From: the human T2T-CHM13v2.0 reference genome, Homo sapiens
Length of the DNA stretch: 64,000 bases
Strand: one strand, 5' to 3'
NCBI RefSeq assembly: GCF_009914755.1
Contig: NC_060932.1
Under the pieces are notes generated by a model. It saw only the letters and a program-made list of their open reading frames with translations. It was not told the origin of the DNA and made no database searches. Positions within the stretch are counted from its first letter, which is position 1, and each line of letters starts with the position of its first letter. The position numbers and the translations under genes were made by a program. Below, in pieces: positions 1 through 14,950 of this stretch.

Positions 1-1239
1 GAGAAAATGAGTTTGGTGTTAGTCTCACCCTGAACTTCATGGTCTGACCTTTGGGAAAGTTCACTGTAAGTCTACCGCCTAAGCCTTCATATTTTATAGA
101 AAATCTTGCTTTTGTGAGACACAAAATTGTGAGAAATAATGACAGAGATTTCTACCTTTTATTGTATTAGTCAATGTGCCCACAGTCTGTGAAGAATTTG
201 GACTTTCAATAATATTCTCCCTGTATCACTGTACAAAGTTATTTTCCCTAGGCTTTAGGGGAGGATGACTTTTATTTACTATTTTCAGTGTGAAAGTGTG
301 TTATGATCATATTCTGCCATGTTGACTGTATGGTGCATTATTTTCAGGTTACCCTCTCTGTCTATCAACTTTCCTTATCTTTGTGGCTCCTAATCTTTGT
401 AACCAGCTTCCATCAACAAAGTCAAGCTGCAGAAAATAAACTACAGATAAGGCTCACTGACGTGGTAATGGGGTTTTCACTGCTTCCCTTTAATTTTCTA
501 TTTCAATAATTCTTGCTGCCAGAAATTTCCTTTTGATGCTCAAGTCAGAAAATCCTTTGATGAAAACAGCAACTTACCACATTAAAATATAAAAGCTAGC
601 AACTTCTTAGTACCTCATTTATTCTTTTGGACTTTACTGCCTTTCACGTATCAGTGATTTTTTTTTTATCTTTCAGTTACTCTTCACATGTATATAGTTA
701 AGGTGTATTATTTCTATTATTTGTGCTTGATCAACAACTTACTTCACTGAATTGTTTTGAGAGCTCATTAAGATTTTCTTTATCTTATCCTATCATAAAG
801 ACCCTACAAATTAAATCCATTGCATATGCAGCATAGCACTTCTTGTTCTTATTAACAGCTTTAATGCATTTGTTAAAATTTTATCTTACATGTCCATCTA
901 CTCTCATTCCTGTGTCACCTTTACTTTCTTAGATGGCTGAGGATTGAGATAAGTGTGGAATTGCTAAGGCATTGTGTTTATTGCAATCTTACAGGGCCAC
1001 TTTGTTCTACTGAATTATATTGAAAGTTGCTTCCTATAAGATACAGCCAAGGGAATCACACCACGCCATGTTACTTCTCCTCCAAGTTCACCTGTTCTAA
1101 GTCTCCCTAGCAACCTAACAAGAAGCCCCTTGATACACCTGAAATCCAATATGCCCCTCACTGAACTTCCCATTCTCTTTCGTTACACATCTGCTCCAAC
1201 TCTTACTCCTACCATTATCACCCTAATCTGTGGTCTTCA

Positions 1240-2050
<811 letters not shown>

Positions 2051-3099
2051 GGAAGCACTTTCATTGTTGCATTTTCCTAATTACTTCATGTTTTAGCACT
2101 CTAGAGGTTTATATTATTTTAGGCCACTTTATAGGTGAGTAAATGTATCATCAGAAAAGTGACTTGCCCTTGGATGTGGTCAATAATATTTAAATGATTG
2201 AATGCATGTTTGAGAAATAGACCACTATACATGAGATTTGGAGGGGTTTTATACTATGTAAAAGATATGCCTCATCAGCTGAGAAAATTCACAAGCACAA
2301 CTGAGATACAGTTCTGTTCTTGTCTTGTCTTTGTGAACTGCTTCCATAAAGTGGGTAAATGAAACTAGCATGCTCACCTATGATTTGCTCCTGTGATGAG
2401 ACAGGTATCACAAAACACCTGCTGAATTGGTAGGGATAAAGAGAGGCATACGCTTACATATGCAACCAGGTTGGCAGTGATGGTTAGGCATTATTCTTTT
2501 GGGGTAAGCACTTTGACTCAGCTATCAGTTAAGAAAGGAGGCGACCGCTCTTTTTTGCTGGAAAAATGAATGTGTCTTCCTAGTGTGACTTAGGTATTTT
2601 CCTGATGATTGCAGATGGGTGAACTGACTGATAGCATGGCTTGAGTTCAAATTGATGAATGGGAAATTGATGTTCATGGTCACGCTCAGCTTTCTGATTG
2701 TAGATGCCAAACAGGAAAGTTTCTCAGCCTTTACATTTTAAAAAGCAGTACTCACAGTGAGGGAAGAAAGGAAGGGGGCCATTACCTGGCAATGGAAAAT
2801 GCTCCCTTAGACTCTTCCTAGCTATCTCAGTGAGGAGTGTGGCTGGGAAATGGCACATCCTTCTCCTCAAACTATAAAGATTTGTCCATGAGCTCATCTA
2901 ATCCAATGTCATCATTTTACTATTGGAGAAACTAAGGTGATGTGACTTGCCCAAGATTACGACAAATACATTGGTCAGGGCTCCAATGTTGCTTCCAAAG
3001 CATAGAGTGGAAGAAAGTTGAAGAAGCTTCTATGTTGATTATAAGAGGAAGAATAGAACCTCATTCAAGCCAAAACCCAGTGTCAGGGATACTTAACAT

Positions 3100-3320
3100 C
3101 TCTTCTAGGGAAAATGGCATGGGTTGTGAACAAAGACATACAATATATTTTCTAATTCTGCCATTCACTAGCTGTTTGCCCTTAAGCAAAGAGGCTTCCT
3201 CATTTGTAAGAAGTGATTTTTGTAATTACTTTCTTTACAGGGTTGTACTAAGGATTGCAAAAGATAAGCCATTTAGACAAGGCCTGGCACATGGTAAGAG
3301 ATCAATAAAAGTTGATGCTA
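3100..3320 (+). mobile_element. MIR SINE
   Basis: tctgccattcactagctg...cagggttgtactaaggatt...ggcctggcacatggtaag...caataaa, matching MIR core and 3' end. Confidence 0.7.
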
Positions 3321-4254
3321 GCTTCAATTAGTTTAATGTTGAAATTCAAAAAAATAAAATTAAGAAATTGAAAGGAAAAAGAAAGCCAAGAAATGTCTAT
3401 TTCAAACAGTAGAGGTCTATAAAGACAATCTGAATCATATCCAGTTTCTTGGACAGGTAACAGAGGATCTAAAGGAATCAATATAATTTTTCATTAAATG
3501 TTTAAGACATATGGAAAATCTAAGCCTGGCCTTTTTCTCTTTACCCAGAGAACACTCTAGCCACAATAAAACTTGGAGCATGATCAATCTAGTATCTTCA
3601 ATAGGGTTTCTGGTGTGTGCATACTTTCACATAACTTGGTCTGAAGGTCTCTCGCTGGAGTCTCTCACCACCTTTGTCTAATGGGCAGCAGCTGCCTGGA
3701 AACAATCTTTCCATATTACTCACCTTATCACACCACAATAAAACATCTCTCCTCATTCTACCCTGGGATGACTATCTGTCCTTCTTGCTATTTGTAATGT
3801 TGACAGTCCGTTTTAGGATAGTTTTTTCTACACCAGGTGGTTCTGCCTTTTTAGCGTTTTCCACTGAATAGCTAATTTCTCCCTGAGTTTATCTGAATTT
3901 TACTTTGTTTCTTTATGAACAACACATTTGAATGTTCTACTCTCTCGGACTCCTACTTGGCAGCAATAATGAAAAGAAGCTGTCTGCCCTGGGAATTGGC
4001 ATAGAGATAGTGGTGTCATCATTGATGGTTCAAAGCTTGTCATACCCATCTAGATGAACCTGCTCCTTTTGTTGTTTTATAGCCAGGTTTCTGATTCAAG
4101 CTCCAAGTGAATTTTTGTACCAACAGGGTACTATTTTTTTTATACCATTCTCCTATTGGATAGACTTTACTGGATGTAGCGGAAAGGAGGTCAATAATAT
4201 GGGTTTAGTCATTGTATCTTTAATTTTCTGAAAGTTCAGCCTTATACCATACCA

Positions 4255-4314
<60 letters not shown>
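4255..4314. repeat. Compound microsatellite (TATC)12(TTTC)3
   Basis: Read directly from sequence. Confidence 0.97.
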
Positions 4315-4317
<3 letters not shown>

Positions 4318-4619
4318 TTATTTCTGTACCTCTTTCCAACTCCTAAAGTTTCAGAGTGATGTTAATAAATTTCTGAGCCAATCTGATAAAGAAATAATTA
4401 ATACTAAAAGAAAATATCGAGAGAAATGGCAAAAGTAATTATAAAAAGATCCCAATATCTGATATCCTTGTGGCTCTAATCTTAATATATTTTCCTAGAT
4501 ATTTGCTACCCACTGTTGGAATTTAAGGTAGAAATGATGTTATCAAAAGTATTGACTCATGGATATTTTTTCTTCTTCTCTACAAATTGGAGATTGAAGT
4601 ATAACAAAATAAAAGCATA

Positions 4620-4860
4620 GACTTTATATATATTTATATATATATTTATAATAAAATAAAAGCATACTACATAGACTCAAAGTTGTCAATCCTGGTCTCA
4701 AGCTCTGGATCTGGCCCTAACTATGTGACCCTGAAATACACATGCATACACACATGTGCATATTTTATGTGTATGGGGTGTGTGTGTATATACATGTGTG
4801 AGTGTACATACATACCTAGTATACACATGTATATATACATGTCTTTAGTCATATATAGCT
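4620..4860. repeat. TA/TG-rich low-complexity tracts
   Basis: Degenerate (TA)n at about 4624-4650 and (TG/TA)n at about 4740-4860. Confidence 0.7.
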
Positions 4861-5014
4861 TGAAAAAATATACACCAAAACTGTAATGAAGATATTTTAG
4901 GGACTAATTAGAATAATTTAAGAAATTCACACATGTAAAATCAGAAGTAATTCAACAAAGGTAAAAGCTTGTTGCATTTTAAACACTATTGAAACCCATA
5001 GCTGGATAAGGGTC

Positions 5015-5410
5015 TGTGTGGGAGAGACTAACTGATTATTCATCAAACCTAACTCATCTTCTTGGCCTGAAAGTCAGACTATATTTCCCAGCCTCCCTTG
5101 AAGTTAGAGGTAGTCATATGACTAAGTTGGGGCCAATAGAATGTGAATGGAGGTGAGGTGAACCATTTCCAGGCTTGGCCCATAAAAACCTCCACCATGA
5201 GTCCTTCATTCTTTTACCCCTTCCAACAAGCACAGCCAACTTGGAAATCACATGTTGTAGATCTATGAAGCCTGAGTTCTAGCATCACTGCCTGGGGAAT
5301 GCTGCCTGCCAATTAGAGCACCTGTTTAGGACGCTATGAGCAAGAAATACACTTCTATTAGGTTAAGTATGAGATTTGGGAGTTTATCTGTTAAAGCAGC
5401 AGGAGTAACA
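5015..5410 (+). mobile_element. MaLR solo LTR (MLT1I/J-like)
   Basis: gactatatttcccagcctcccttgaagttag...catatgactaag...ccaatagaatgtga...aagaaatacacttctatt...tgagatttggg motifs. Confidence 0.75.
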
Positions 5411-7023
5411 GATGGTGGACTCGAGGGGCAAGTTGCCAAGCTGCTGGAAGTAGAATTAGTCTAATTTTAGTTGGGAAGAGCCCAGTGCTGACAGTTAACT
5501 ATGAAAATAGGTCTGTATGAGGCTTAGCCAAAGGCTAGTTGAAACATAATCTGGTCACATTAGTAGTGCCCACAGGAACAAATTCTGAGGTTCTTAGGGG
5601 ACACTTCTGACAATCCTACAGCCCAGTAAAGGTTCACCTAAACCACAGGTGAATATCTCAAAGGGTCCTGAATATCCCTTTTAAAAAGTGTTTGCTCATG
5701 GAAATGTCCACTGTGGAATGATAATCCTGTAAATTCTAAATTAGGTGGAATTTTAACACCTAGAATTATCAAGAATGGTAGGTCTCAGACTATCTTCTTT
5801 AATTTAAACTCAATTTTTTTTATATTTGTGTGAAGCCTTAATTGACCATGGACTAAAACCATGCACAGCTACTACCCAACGTTTTTACTAACATTTTAAC
5901 ACCATTGAGAATAAATTGAGAAAAATCTCAGACAAAAGCTTATAAAAATAAACAATTTCAAGTTTAAATAATATCCACAAGTTAGCTCGTGGTAAGTCTA
6001 AACAGAAATCTAAGATCAAAAAATACTTCTTCTCCAAAATAAACTCTCCTAGAATTTCTTTTCTGTGTTGAAGACTCTTAAATGCCATTTAATATTTTCC
6101 ACCTTATTATTCCTGAATGTGTAGCCCACAGAACTTCTTTCATTAAATTTCCTAAGTAGTTTTTTTAATAATAATTCAATAACTAAGAATCTAGCTCTTT
6201 TCTTTCTCTTTGTCTAAACTCTCATATATTTTACTAATTAATGCATCATTCCCCACATCAGATTATTAGAGATTTGACCCTCTGGCAGGGTCAAGCCCAT
6301 GAAAATTAAAGCTAACCCAGGGAAAAGACCTGGGGCAAAAGCTGCTGCTTTTAGCATGACTGCCTGGTTACGCTACAAAACCTGTACCAGATGCTACTCA
6401 AGTGTCACACTATCACCCAGGCACACCGTAGCAGCAATGACATGGAATTAATAATATCAGTGAAGTATGATCCATAAAACTGAGTGAATACCAAAGTTTC
6501 TATTAGTATAATAACTAATGGCATCCAAATCTGATTTGTTCACTCAAAATTGCTCCAATTGGAGGATTCCAAATTATTCTAAACATAGTTCAGTATTATT
6601 ACTGCCATACATGTTCCACCTGCTAAGCCCACAACTCCAGTGAGGACTTTGGCAATAAGGCCTGTCCTGATATTGGGCATTCCTCCATCCCGCCCAATAA
6701 ACACATTGCCATTACACCTTTTAGAGTTCACTGGACTTCCCAAGGTCATATGTGGAGCATGCGCTGTTTTAGTGTTCTTATGTTTTCTAAATAAATAACT
6801 ATGAATACATATAAAATAATCTTTCATTTTAGTTTCCAAGAATCATTTTAGTAAGTGTTCCAAACTGTCCCACTCAAAAATGAATGTGCCTGTCCCTTGA
6901 TGGAAAAAAATACCCCTTTTTCTTTAGCAAGGGACAGGGGCACTCACTTTTGACTCAGAAGATTATAATAGGTACAATTTGTCATTTGCACTGAACAACT
7001 TCTGTATAACTAGTGGCTTTTGC

Positions 7024-7310
7024 TTTTCTTTTTTTTTTTTTTTTAGAAAGAGTCATGCTCTGTTGCCCAGGCTAGAGTTCAATGGCGAGTTCTTGGCTCA
7101 CTGCAACTTCTGCCTCCTGGGTTCAAGTGATTCTTGTGGCTCAGCCTCCCAAGTAGTGGGGACTGCAGGTGCCTGCCACCACGCCCAGCTAATTCTTGTA
7201 GTTTTGGTAGAGATGGGGTTTCACCATGATGGCCAGGCTGGTCTCGAACTCCTGGGCTCAAGCAATCCACCTGCCTTGGCCTCCCAAAGTGCTGGGATTA
7301 CCTTGCCCAG
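7024..7310 (-). mobile_element. Alu SINE with a small deletion near its 5' end
   Basis: PolyT followed by antisense Alu; ends ggattaccttgcccagcc and lacks aggcgtgagccacc. Confidence 0.96.
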
Positions 7311-8359
7311 CCAGCTTTTGCTTTTTCATAATGGTAATGCTTTTTAAGTAGCACCCCTAAAAGAAAAACAATTTAAGCAGTGCATGCCATAAGAAAGCAT
7401 ACAGAAAAGATTTCTCCTCAGCTTTCTGACTCAAAATAAATTTGCCATACAATCAGATCTCGAAACAATAGATGCTATGCACACAACATCAGTCTCTAAA
7501 ACAATAGTCTTGTGAGATTAGCAAATCATTATCTCTTGCTAATATCCTTATTTGTGATTCAAGTTTTCTAAAAATTTGTTCAGATTAGGATAAAGACATC
7601 TCACTGAACTGTATGATAGTGATTAAAAACTTATAACTAAATCATATAATGTCTTACATTTACAGAGTTGATCTAGACAACTTATCACTTAATATTAGTT
7701 CCCACAGGTTTAAAATTTCTGTCTCCATAGCAAACACATTTAAATGAGCGAGACATTTTTTGCCTGCTAATTCTAAGAGTTCTTCCTTTTGTTAAATAAA
7801 AATTATTTTTAATTAATATATCTGCCAAAAATTCTTAAGTTTCATGTTAATACTACAGTTTAAATTTAATATTAATACAACCTATATTATTCTACATGTG
7901 TTCCGCTTCTGATAAGAATTAAGACTATTGTTTCCACCATAAATATCCCTTTGCAGGTCTTTGTCTACAACCTGGAATTCAGGTTGAAATCCACCAAAGG
8001 AAAGCTTTGCTGATTGTGTTCAATGGGATTCCACCAGCTTCTTTTGCCAACTCTGATTTTACAAATAAGCAAACTGACGTTCATCTTCTATTTGCTGCAG
8101 CAGTCTTACCCTTCTCAGACATGAATCCTGAATTCAGCATTAACGCTGTCCTTCTAGTCTTGAGAATTACCTGCTCATTCCCTCCTCTGAATCCTTTATC
8201 TTAAGTATCTTGACTTCCAGTGTATAGGCCAAGAGAATCAATCAGGACACAAAAGTAGGTAGGCATGTATGCTTTTAGGACGTGTGGACAACCTGCTAAG
8301 ATACAAAGTTCTGACATTTCTCCATCAAACCCTGGTCACTTCTTTTAGTAAGATTAGCA

Positions 8360-8664
<305 letters not shown>

Positions 8665-8961
8665 TTCAGCAAGCTGGCTAGTGCATTCCCAGCACTGGAG
8701 ACAGCTGGTGTCCTCTCCACAACTTCTCCCTATGCAGTGCCCTGATGTCTGCTCTCATATGTGAGTGATACAATCAGTATTTGTCTTTTGATGGGAATAT
8801 ATTTCATCTTTTTAATAAACAGGCTAGCCTTGTTTTATCAAATGGAAAGAGAAAATGAACATCAAAGGAGTGGAGATGTTTAAAGTTGAGCATCCCTTAA
8901 ACAGGTCCCCAAAATAAAATGGGATTCGTGATTCTTTTAAATTCAAATCAAAATGTATTCA

Positions 8962-9256
8962 GGCTGGGCTCAGTGGTTCATGCCTTTAATCCCAGCACTT
9001 TGGGAGGCCAAGGCAGGAGGACTTCTTGAGCCCAAGAGTTCAAGACAAGCCTGGGCAACACAGCAAGACTCCATCTCTATGAAAAATAGAAAAATTAGCC
9101 AGGTGGTGGCACATGCCTGTGGTCACAGGTTCTTGGGAAGCTGAGATGGGAGGATCGCTTGAGTACAGGCATTCAAAGTTACAGTAAGCTATGACTACAC
9201 CACGGCACTCTGGCCTGGGCAACAAAATGAGAACCTGTCTCAAAAAAAAAAAAAAA
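8962..9256 (+). mobile_element. Alu SINE (AluJ-like)
   Basis: Diverged Alu with J-type ggaggatcgcttgag; gtattca on both flanks (TSD). Confidence 0.95.
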
Positions 9257-9424
9257 GTATTCATTTGCATCTGCAATGCATAGGCTCTGTGGCACACATA
9301 CAATTAATTACCATCAAAGGTATATAATCCTGTGGAAAGTGCCTTTCCTCAGGCCCTATGTCAATCTTATCATTGACTAAAATAGAGTTGTATATGACTC
9401 CTAAATATTATATCATAATCCACC

Positions 9425-10041
9425 TGAATTAGTTTTCTACTGCTATGTAGCAGATTCCCGCACATTTAGCTGCTTAAAACCAGACCCTTTTATTCACTCA
9501 CAGTTCTGAGGGTCAGGAGTCTAGAGACAGCAAGGCTTGGTTTTCTGCACAGGATTTTACAAGGCTGAAATCAAGGAGTCAGGCAGCTCTGATGTCATCT
9601 GGAGCTGTCTTCAAGCTCATTCACTTTGCCGGCAGAGTTCAGATCCTTGTGGTTATAGGACTGAGGTTCCCATTTTCTTGCTGGCTGTCAGCTGGGGGCA
9701 ACTCTCAGCTCTTAGAGCCTGCCCTCAATCTTGGAACAAACAGTGAACCCCTTCATCTGCAAAGCCAGCAGTGGAGAATGGCCCTGGTGTCAAATCCTCT
9801 CATTCATCCAACCTCTTTTTGCCAAAAAGAGTCCCATCACTTTTAAGGGCTCAGCTGATTAGGTCAGGCCCATAGAGGATAATCTCTATTTTGAGACCAG
9901 TGGACGTGAGAACTTAGATACACCTGCAAAATCCTTTGGTAGCAGCACTCATATTAGTGATTGATGGAATAACTAGGAAATATGTGCATATACCAGGGGC
10001 CAGCAATCTTGGAGGTTATTATGGAACTCTGCCTACTACCG
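9425..10041 (-). mobile_element. MaLR solo LTR (MLT1E/F-like)
   Basis: attagttttctactgct...ctcacagttctgagggtcaggagtc...ctctgcctactac. Confidence 0.75.
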
Positions 10042-10134
10042 TGCCAGAATGCAGCTTTTAAAATAATCTCCTTCTAGAGGATTTTGCTCAGTACAAACAT
10101 TTCCTAACCTGCCTCCTCTTATACTTGCATATAC

Positions 10135-10623
10135 ATATAATTTTTCTATTGCTACTGTTATAAATTCCCTCAAACTGGCGGCTTAACCATTACAAATATA
10201 TTCTTACAGTTCTGTAGATGAGAAGTCTGATGCAGGTGTTACTGGGTTAAAATTGAGATGTCAACAGGGCTGTGTTCTTTTCTGAAGCATTAGGGGATAA
10301 TCTCTTCCCTATTCTTTTCCAGCTTCTAAAGTCTGCCCACATTCCTTGGTCTGCTCCCATCTTCAAAGTTAAGTTAAATGGTGGACTGAGTCCTTCTCAT
10401 GCTACCATCTCTCTGGTTGTCTGCACAAGGGAAATGTTCTCTACTTTTAAGGACTCAAGCGATTAAGTTGAGCCCACCTGGATAATCCAAAATAATTTCT
10501 CTGTCTCAAGATTCGTTAACTTTATCATACTACAAAGTCCCTTTTGCCATGTAAGGTAACATATTCACAAACCCAATAATCAGGGCATGAATATCTTTGG
10601 AGGTCATTAATCTGCCTACTACA
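10135..10623 (-). mobile_element. MaLR solo LTR (MLT1C/D-like)
   Basis: ctattgctactg...cttacagttctgtag...gggataatctc...aagtcccttttgccatgtaaggtaacatattcaca...ctgcctactaca. Confidence 0.8.
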
Positions 10624-10898
10624 TATATCTTTCTAAAATAGATGACTGTTGGTGTCTGAGCTCATCTCATTTCTCCTGCTGCTCAAATCATATCTTCAAA
10701 GACTAAAGAACTGTGGCTTAGAGAGCTGTGAAATATACAACCAATGGACAGTATTTCCTGGAATAATAGATATTGAGCATTATATAATGACATGCAATCC
10801 AACTGGTACCTTGCAATAGCCAGTCAAAGATAATAAAAAGTTGTGCTTAAGAAGAAGAAAATACAATTCAACAGTCTGTGCAAGTGAAGTTCTGAACT

Positions 10899-11142
10899 CC
10901 AGTTTTTCCTAAAGTGTATGCCAGGGAAATTAAATTACCATGGCTATTAAAAGTTGTTACACAGGAAACCATGAGTACATACATTTGGGAAATGTCAAGT
11001 TAAGCGAAGGTAAACTGCTTCCTTCTCAGAGTCCATAATGTGCTAACATGCATTGGGTATCTATAAGAGAGCAGAATGTGTTCTTATTTGATTGAAAAAA
11101 AAAACATTTTAAAAGAGCATCTCAAACTTTAGGAAGTGCTGG
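10899..11142. mobile_element. hAT-Charlie-type non-autonomous DNA transposon remnant
   Basis: Degenerate TIR-like ends ccagtttttcctaaagt / actttaggaagtgctgg; internal ctcagagtccataatgtgctaa. Confidence 0.55.
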
Positions 11143-12189
11143 AGTCTATTTATTTTTCTGCCGCATCCTTCTGCTATTGTTTTAAATTGGCCGCTCCTTC
11201 CTTTCTTCCTGGTTTGTCTCCTATCCTTTTTTCCTCCATCCTTACTTCCTACCTTCATTCTTTCTCTTCTTCTTTAACCTATAGTCATCTCATCATGTAA
11301 ATGTGACTTAAAATACATAGAACAGCAAAGAAGCCTTGGCCTGGGTTAAATTAGAAATACAGAGAACTGTTGTTAAGAAGGATATTGGTGAAAAAGAAAA
11401 TAAAAACGAGTTACAGAGAGAATAATGCTTATTGAAACTTGACATTTCAATTGTGAGTCCCTGATTTATCGGATACCATAAGACTAAACATTTCTTGAAC
11501 AAAGGATTAGGATCTATTTCTTCCATTTTACTCCTCTTGTTCTTAACTTCACAATCTTTCCAAGTTTGTCATCTACTCAGTCCCAGTTCTTCTTTGGAGG
11601 GGCCTGACTGAGCTAATAAATATACCACTAAGTTGTAAGGAAGGTTTCTCTGTATACCATCACCAGGCAGTAAGGGATTCTGATTTACTGAGTATTCCAG
11701 ATATCTTTAACCTAACCATAAAGGCTAATATTTTCTTTTCAGTTTAATAGTTGTTGGTACACTATAATATATAACATGATTTCCTCATTATTAAAGACAT
11801 CTTAACTTTTCTGATATCATTTTAAAACAAAATATCATAGTATGAGCCAATTCAAATATATGTTTATGGCATATGGACAAATGTAAGGCATAATAATAAA
11901 TGACTCCAAAATATCGTGTTTTTCCATTTGATCCAAGTGTCTCCTCCTTCCATCCCATTTTCTGCTCTGCCCCACTATCTGCTTTTGAGCTACCCACTCT
12001 GCTTCTATTTGATCAGGCCTCTGTTGAATATCTTCTGGATCCACTTATATACCAGACTTCTCCCCCTTCTCTACCCATGATTTCACTCTTCGATGGCCCA
12101 ACTAAATCCCTACCCATTCTAATCTTCTTTTTATCTGCCACCCTATCTTTCTCTTTTCTTCAGTCATAGCTTACCATGTGTGAGATATT

Positions 12190-12360
12190 ACACATTTATC
12201 TCATTTAGATTACACAGCAATCCCATGATTCAGGTTTATAGACTTAGATGAGGACTTAAACTTACATAGCTTAATAAGAGGTGGCATTGGGATTCAAATC
12301 CAGATAAATCAGAATCCAAAGTTAATACACAGTCTCTCCAATTATACCATTGTCTTCCTA
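12190..12360 (-). mobile_element. MIR SINE
   Basis: tctcatttag...agatgaggac...ggattcaaatccag motifs. Confidence 0.55.
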
Positions 12361-12959
12361 ATTGTCAAATGCACTAGCCATTTTCAATCGTCCTTCTTCA
12401 GTAGGAGTTGGAATTGTCAATCACCCTCCTCTTGAAGCAACATTCTCTTGATTGGTACAATATAATGTTTTTCATCTTCGAATTTCTCTGATTGTTTCTT
12501 ATGTTTCCTTTACTGGTTTCCCAGTATAGGAAATATCTTGATATCTTGATATAATCCTCCTACCTCCCCCTAAAAGTCAGTTGTCCCCAAGTTTTTTGTC
12601 ATTTCAACTATACCATTTCTTCTATAGTACTATCTTAATTTTATCATTTATTTTTGTGTTTTGCTGTCATCCCTGGAAAGGTGATGCTTCTTAAATTTTT
12701 TTCTGTCTGATGCTTATCCTTGAGATTTAACAGAAAAAAAAAAAAAGATCAGCAGGAATCACTCAGTTGTGCAAGATGCCACAATGTCTGTGGAGTGACA
12801 GCACATATATGGCAAAAACTTGGTTGCCTATGTGGATTTGAATGCTAGATGCTACAAAGTAATCTTATTTTTCTCTTTTGTGTTTAAGGCAGAGCTTACA
12901 GGGGTAGGAGGTAGATGGTACTATAAATCCCTTATTGGAGGAATGGGGCGGCTACGTCT

Positions 12960-13240
12960 TGATTGCCCTTTCATGTGCTTATTGGCCATTTGTATGTTTT
13001 ATTTGGAAAAATAGCTATTCAGATTCTTTGCTGTCTTTTTCAATTGGGCTATCTTTCCTTTTGAGTTGAAAGAGTTCTTTATATATTCTAGCTACATGTC
13101 CCTTATCTGATATATGATTGTCAAACAGTTCCCCCCAGTCTCTGGGTTGTCATTTTGTTTTCTTGGGAGTATTCTTTGAAGTAAAAAAGTTTTAAATTTT
13201 GATGAAGTCCTATTTAAAATCAATTTTTTATTTTGCTTGT
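12960..13240 (-). mobile_element. Old L1 (L1M) ORF2 fragment
   Basis: ttattggccatttgtatg...gagttctttatatattcta...ttttaaattttgatgaagtcc, antisense L1. Confidence 0.8.
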
Positions 13241-13467
13241 ACAACAAAAACATCTTATTGTCCTATTAAATAAGACATTCTTGTTTTCTATTTTTTCTTC
13301 ATAGATAATACATGAATAAAATGTTAATATTAATTATTTTATAAGCATTTTGGATACAAAATCAATAGCCATCCTATATATTGGTAAAAGTAGATAGTTA
13401 TCCCAACAAAAGAACAAAAAGAACAAAAAGGAATAAATATAAAAACCCTTATGAAGAAAATTACAGT

Positions 13468-14154
13468 TGTCGTCCAAAAAAATCACCAGGATGGCTAAAT
13501 AGTAGAAAGAAGACCTTTATTGGCAATATCAGCTTGCAAATGGGGAAGAGACAGTCTCTGGTGTGGACTAAAAGTGCTCTCTCTTCGGGGAAGGGAAGAG
13601 CAGATTGGCTTTTGTGCCTCACAAGGCCCATATTCCTCAGTAGAGTCATACATGTTCAGCAGATTTGAGGGAAAAGTTATACATAATCATGAAGGAGGTC
13701 AAGTGCATGTGCAATGGGTAAACATAAATGTAACATACAACCCACATTCACTTTGGGGTGGGGTTTTAGCATTAAACTGAGATAGAATTTGGTTATTTAT
13801 GTCAAAAGATGAACTATGGGACCCAAAGACAGCTTGTGCACAGCCTCTATAATCTGGCTGAAACTGGCTTAAGGACTGCAGTTGTTTATAAAGAAAGAAT
13901 ATTTGTAAGGCCAGTCCTCTGTCCAAACAGAGTGGTAGTTGTCTCAGTTGTAAATTAGAGTGAGGAGGGATCTGAACTCCTATTGTTAGAGAGTTTAGTA
14001 AGAATGTGGTTTTTTCTTTGTAGCCACAGGGATTTAGGAAGTTGTCACATCACCTAAGTCCTGAACTTTCAACTAGTAGGTAACTTTTGTTTTGTTAACC
14101 TTGGGGGTCCATCTTAGTTGTTAAAGGAGTGTCTATTTTGGTCTTCAAAATACA
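13468..14154 (-). mobile_element. ERV1 (MER4-group-like) solo LTR inserted in an old L1
   Basis: TG...CA ends; antisense polyA signal (ctttatt) near the left end; L1 sequence on both sides. Exact family not assigned. Confidence 0.65.
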
Positions 14155-14950
14155 ATATTGTATTTGGTCCACACAATACAACATTAAAGCACATAAAAGA
14201 AGATACGAATAAATAAACAGTTATGCTATATTCATTAGTTGGATGACTTTGTGTCAGAAAGATATCAATTTGCCCTCAAATTAATCCATATACTCAGTTA
14301 AGTTTGAACCAAAGTTCTAATAAATATTTTGTGCACGTCAGGAACTAGATAAATAAACCAAGATTCATATGAAAGAGCAACAGACCAAGAATATTCAAGT
14401 TAATTTTGATGAAGAACTAATAGGGAGACTTGTTTTATCTGGCATCAATACTTTCTTTTGATATTTAGTAATTAAGACTATGAGATAAGTACAGACAAAT
14501 TGATCAATGAATTTGAACAGAGAACCCAGAAACCGGTCCATATATATATGACAGAGGTGAGTAATATAAATCAATGAGGAAAGAGCAGACTTCTCAATAA
14601 ACAGGTTGAAAATATTTATTATTTGCATGCAAAATTAGATTTCTGTCTCACAGTATATACCAAGATTAATTCCGAGTAGATTCAACTTCTAAAAGTGAAA
14701 AGAAAACTTTTAAAATTTTATAATTTACATGAAAATATAGCTATGATGTTGGTGTGGGGAAACCTAAGACAGATAAGATGATAAAATAAGATACATGAAA
14801 AAGACCAACTAAAAGAAAAAAATGGAAATTGAACACATTAAAATTTGAGTCTTCTGAAGAATGATAATATAAAGAAGGAAGATAATGGGATTCAGAACTC
14901 AGTTTGTATAACCTAATATTTATGGACATCTATCAAATTATTAAAGACTT
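14155..14950 (+). mobile_element. Old L1 (L1ME-like) ORF2 fragment
   Basis: Degenerate L1 ORF2 (aagattcatatgaaagagcaa...agaacccagaaac...tcaataaa). Confidence 0.65.

Noticed and set aside
303-509. 68-aa hydrophobic ORF with nearby splice-like sites
   Set aside because: Composition is typical of T-rich non-coding DNA; no homology recognised and no partner exons.
2942-3331. 129-aa ORF
   Set aside because: Non-ATG start, runs through MIR remnants, no recognisable protein.
6979-7347. 122-aa ORF and similar ORFs (17037-17414, 19469-19789, 38928-39224, 44297-44596, 48963-49166)
   Set aside because: Alu-derived translations ([12 protein letters not shown]..., [10 protein letters not shown]...); not genes.
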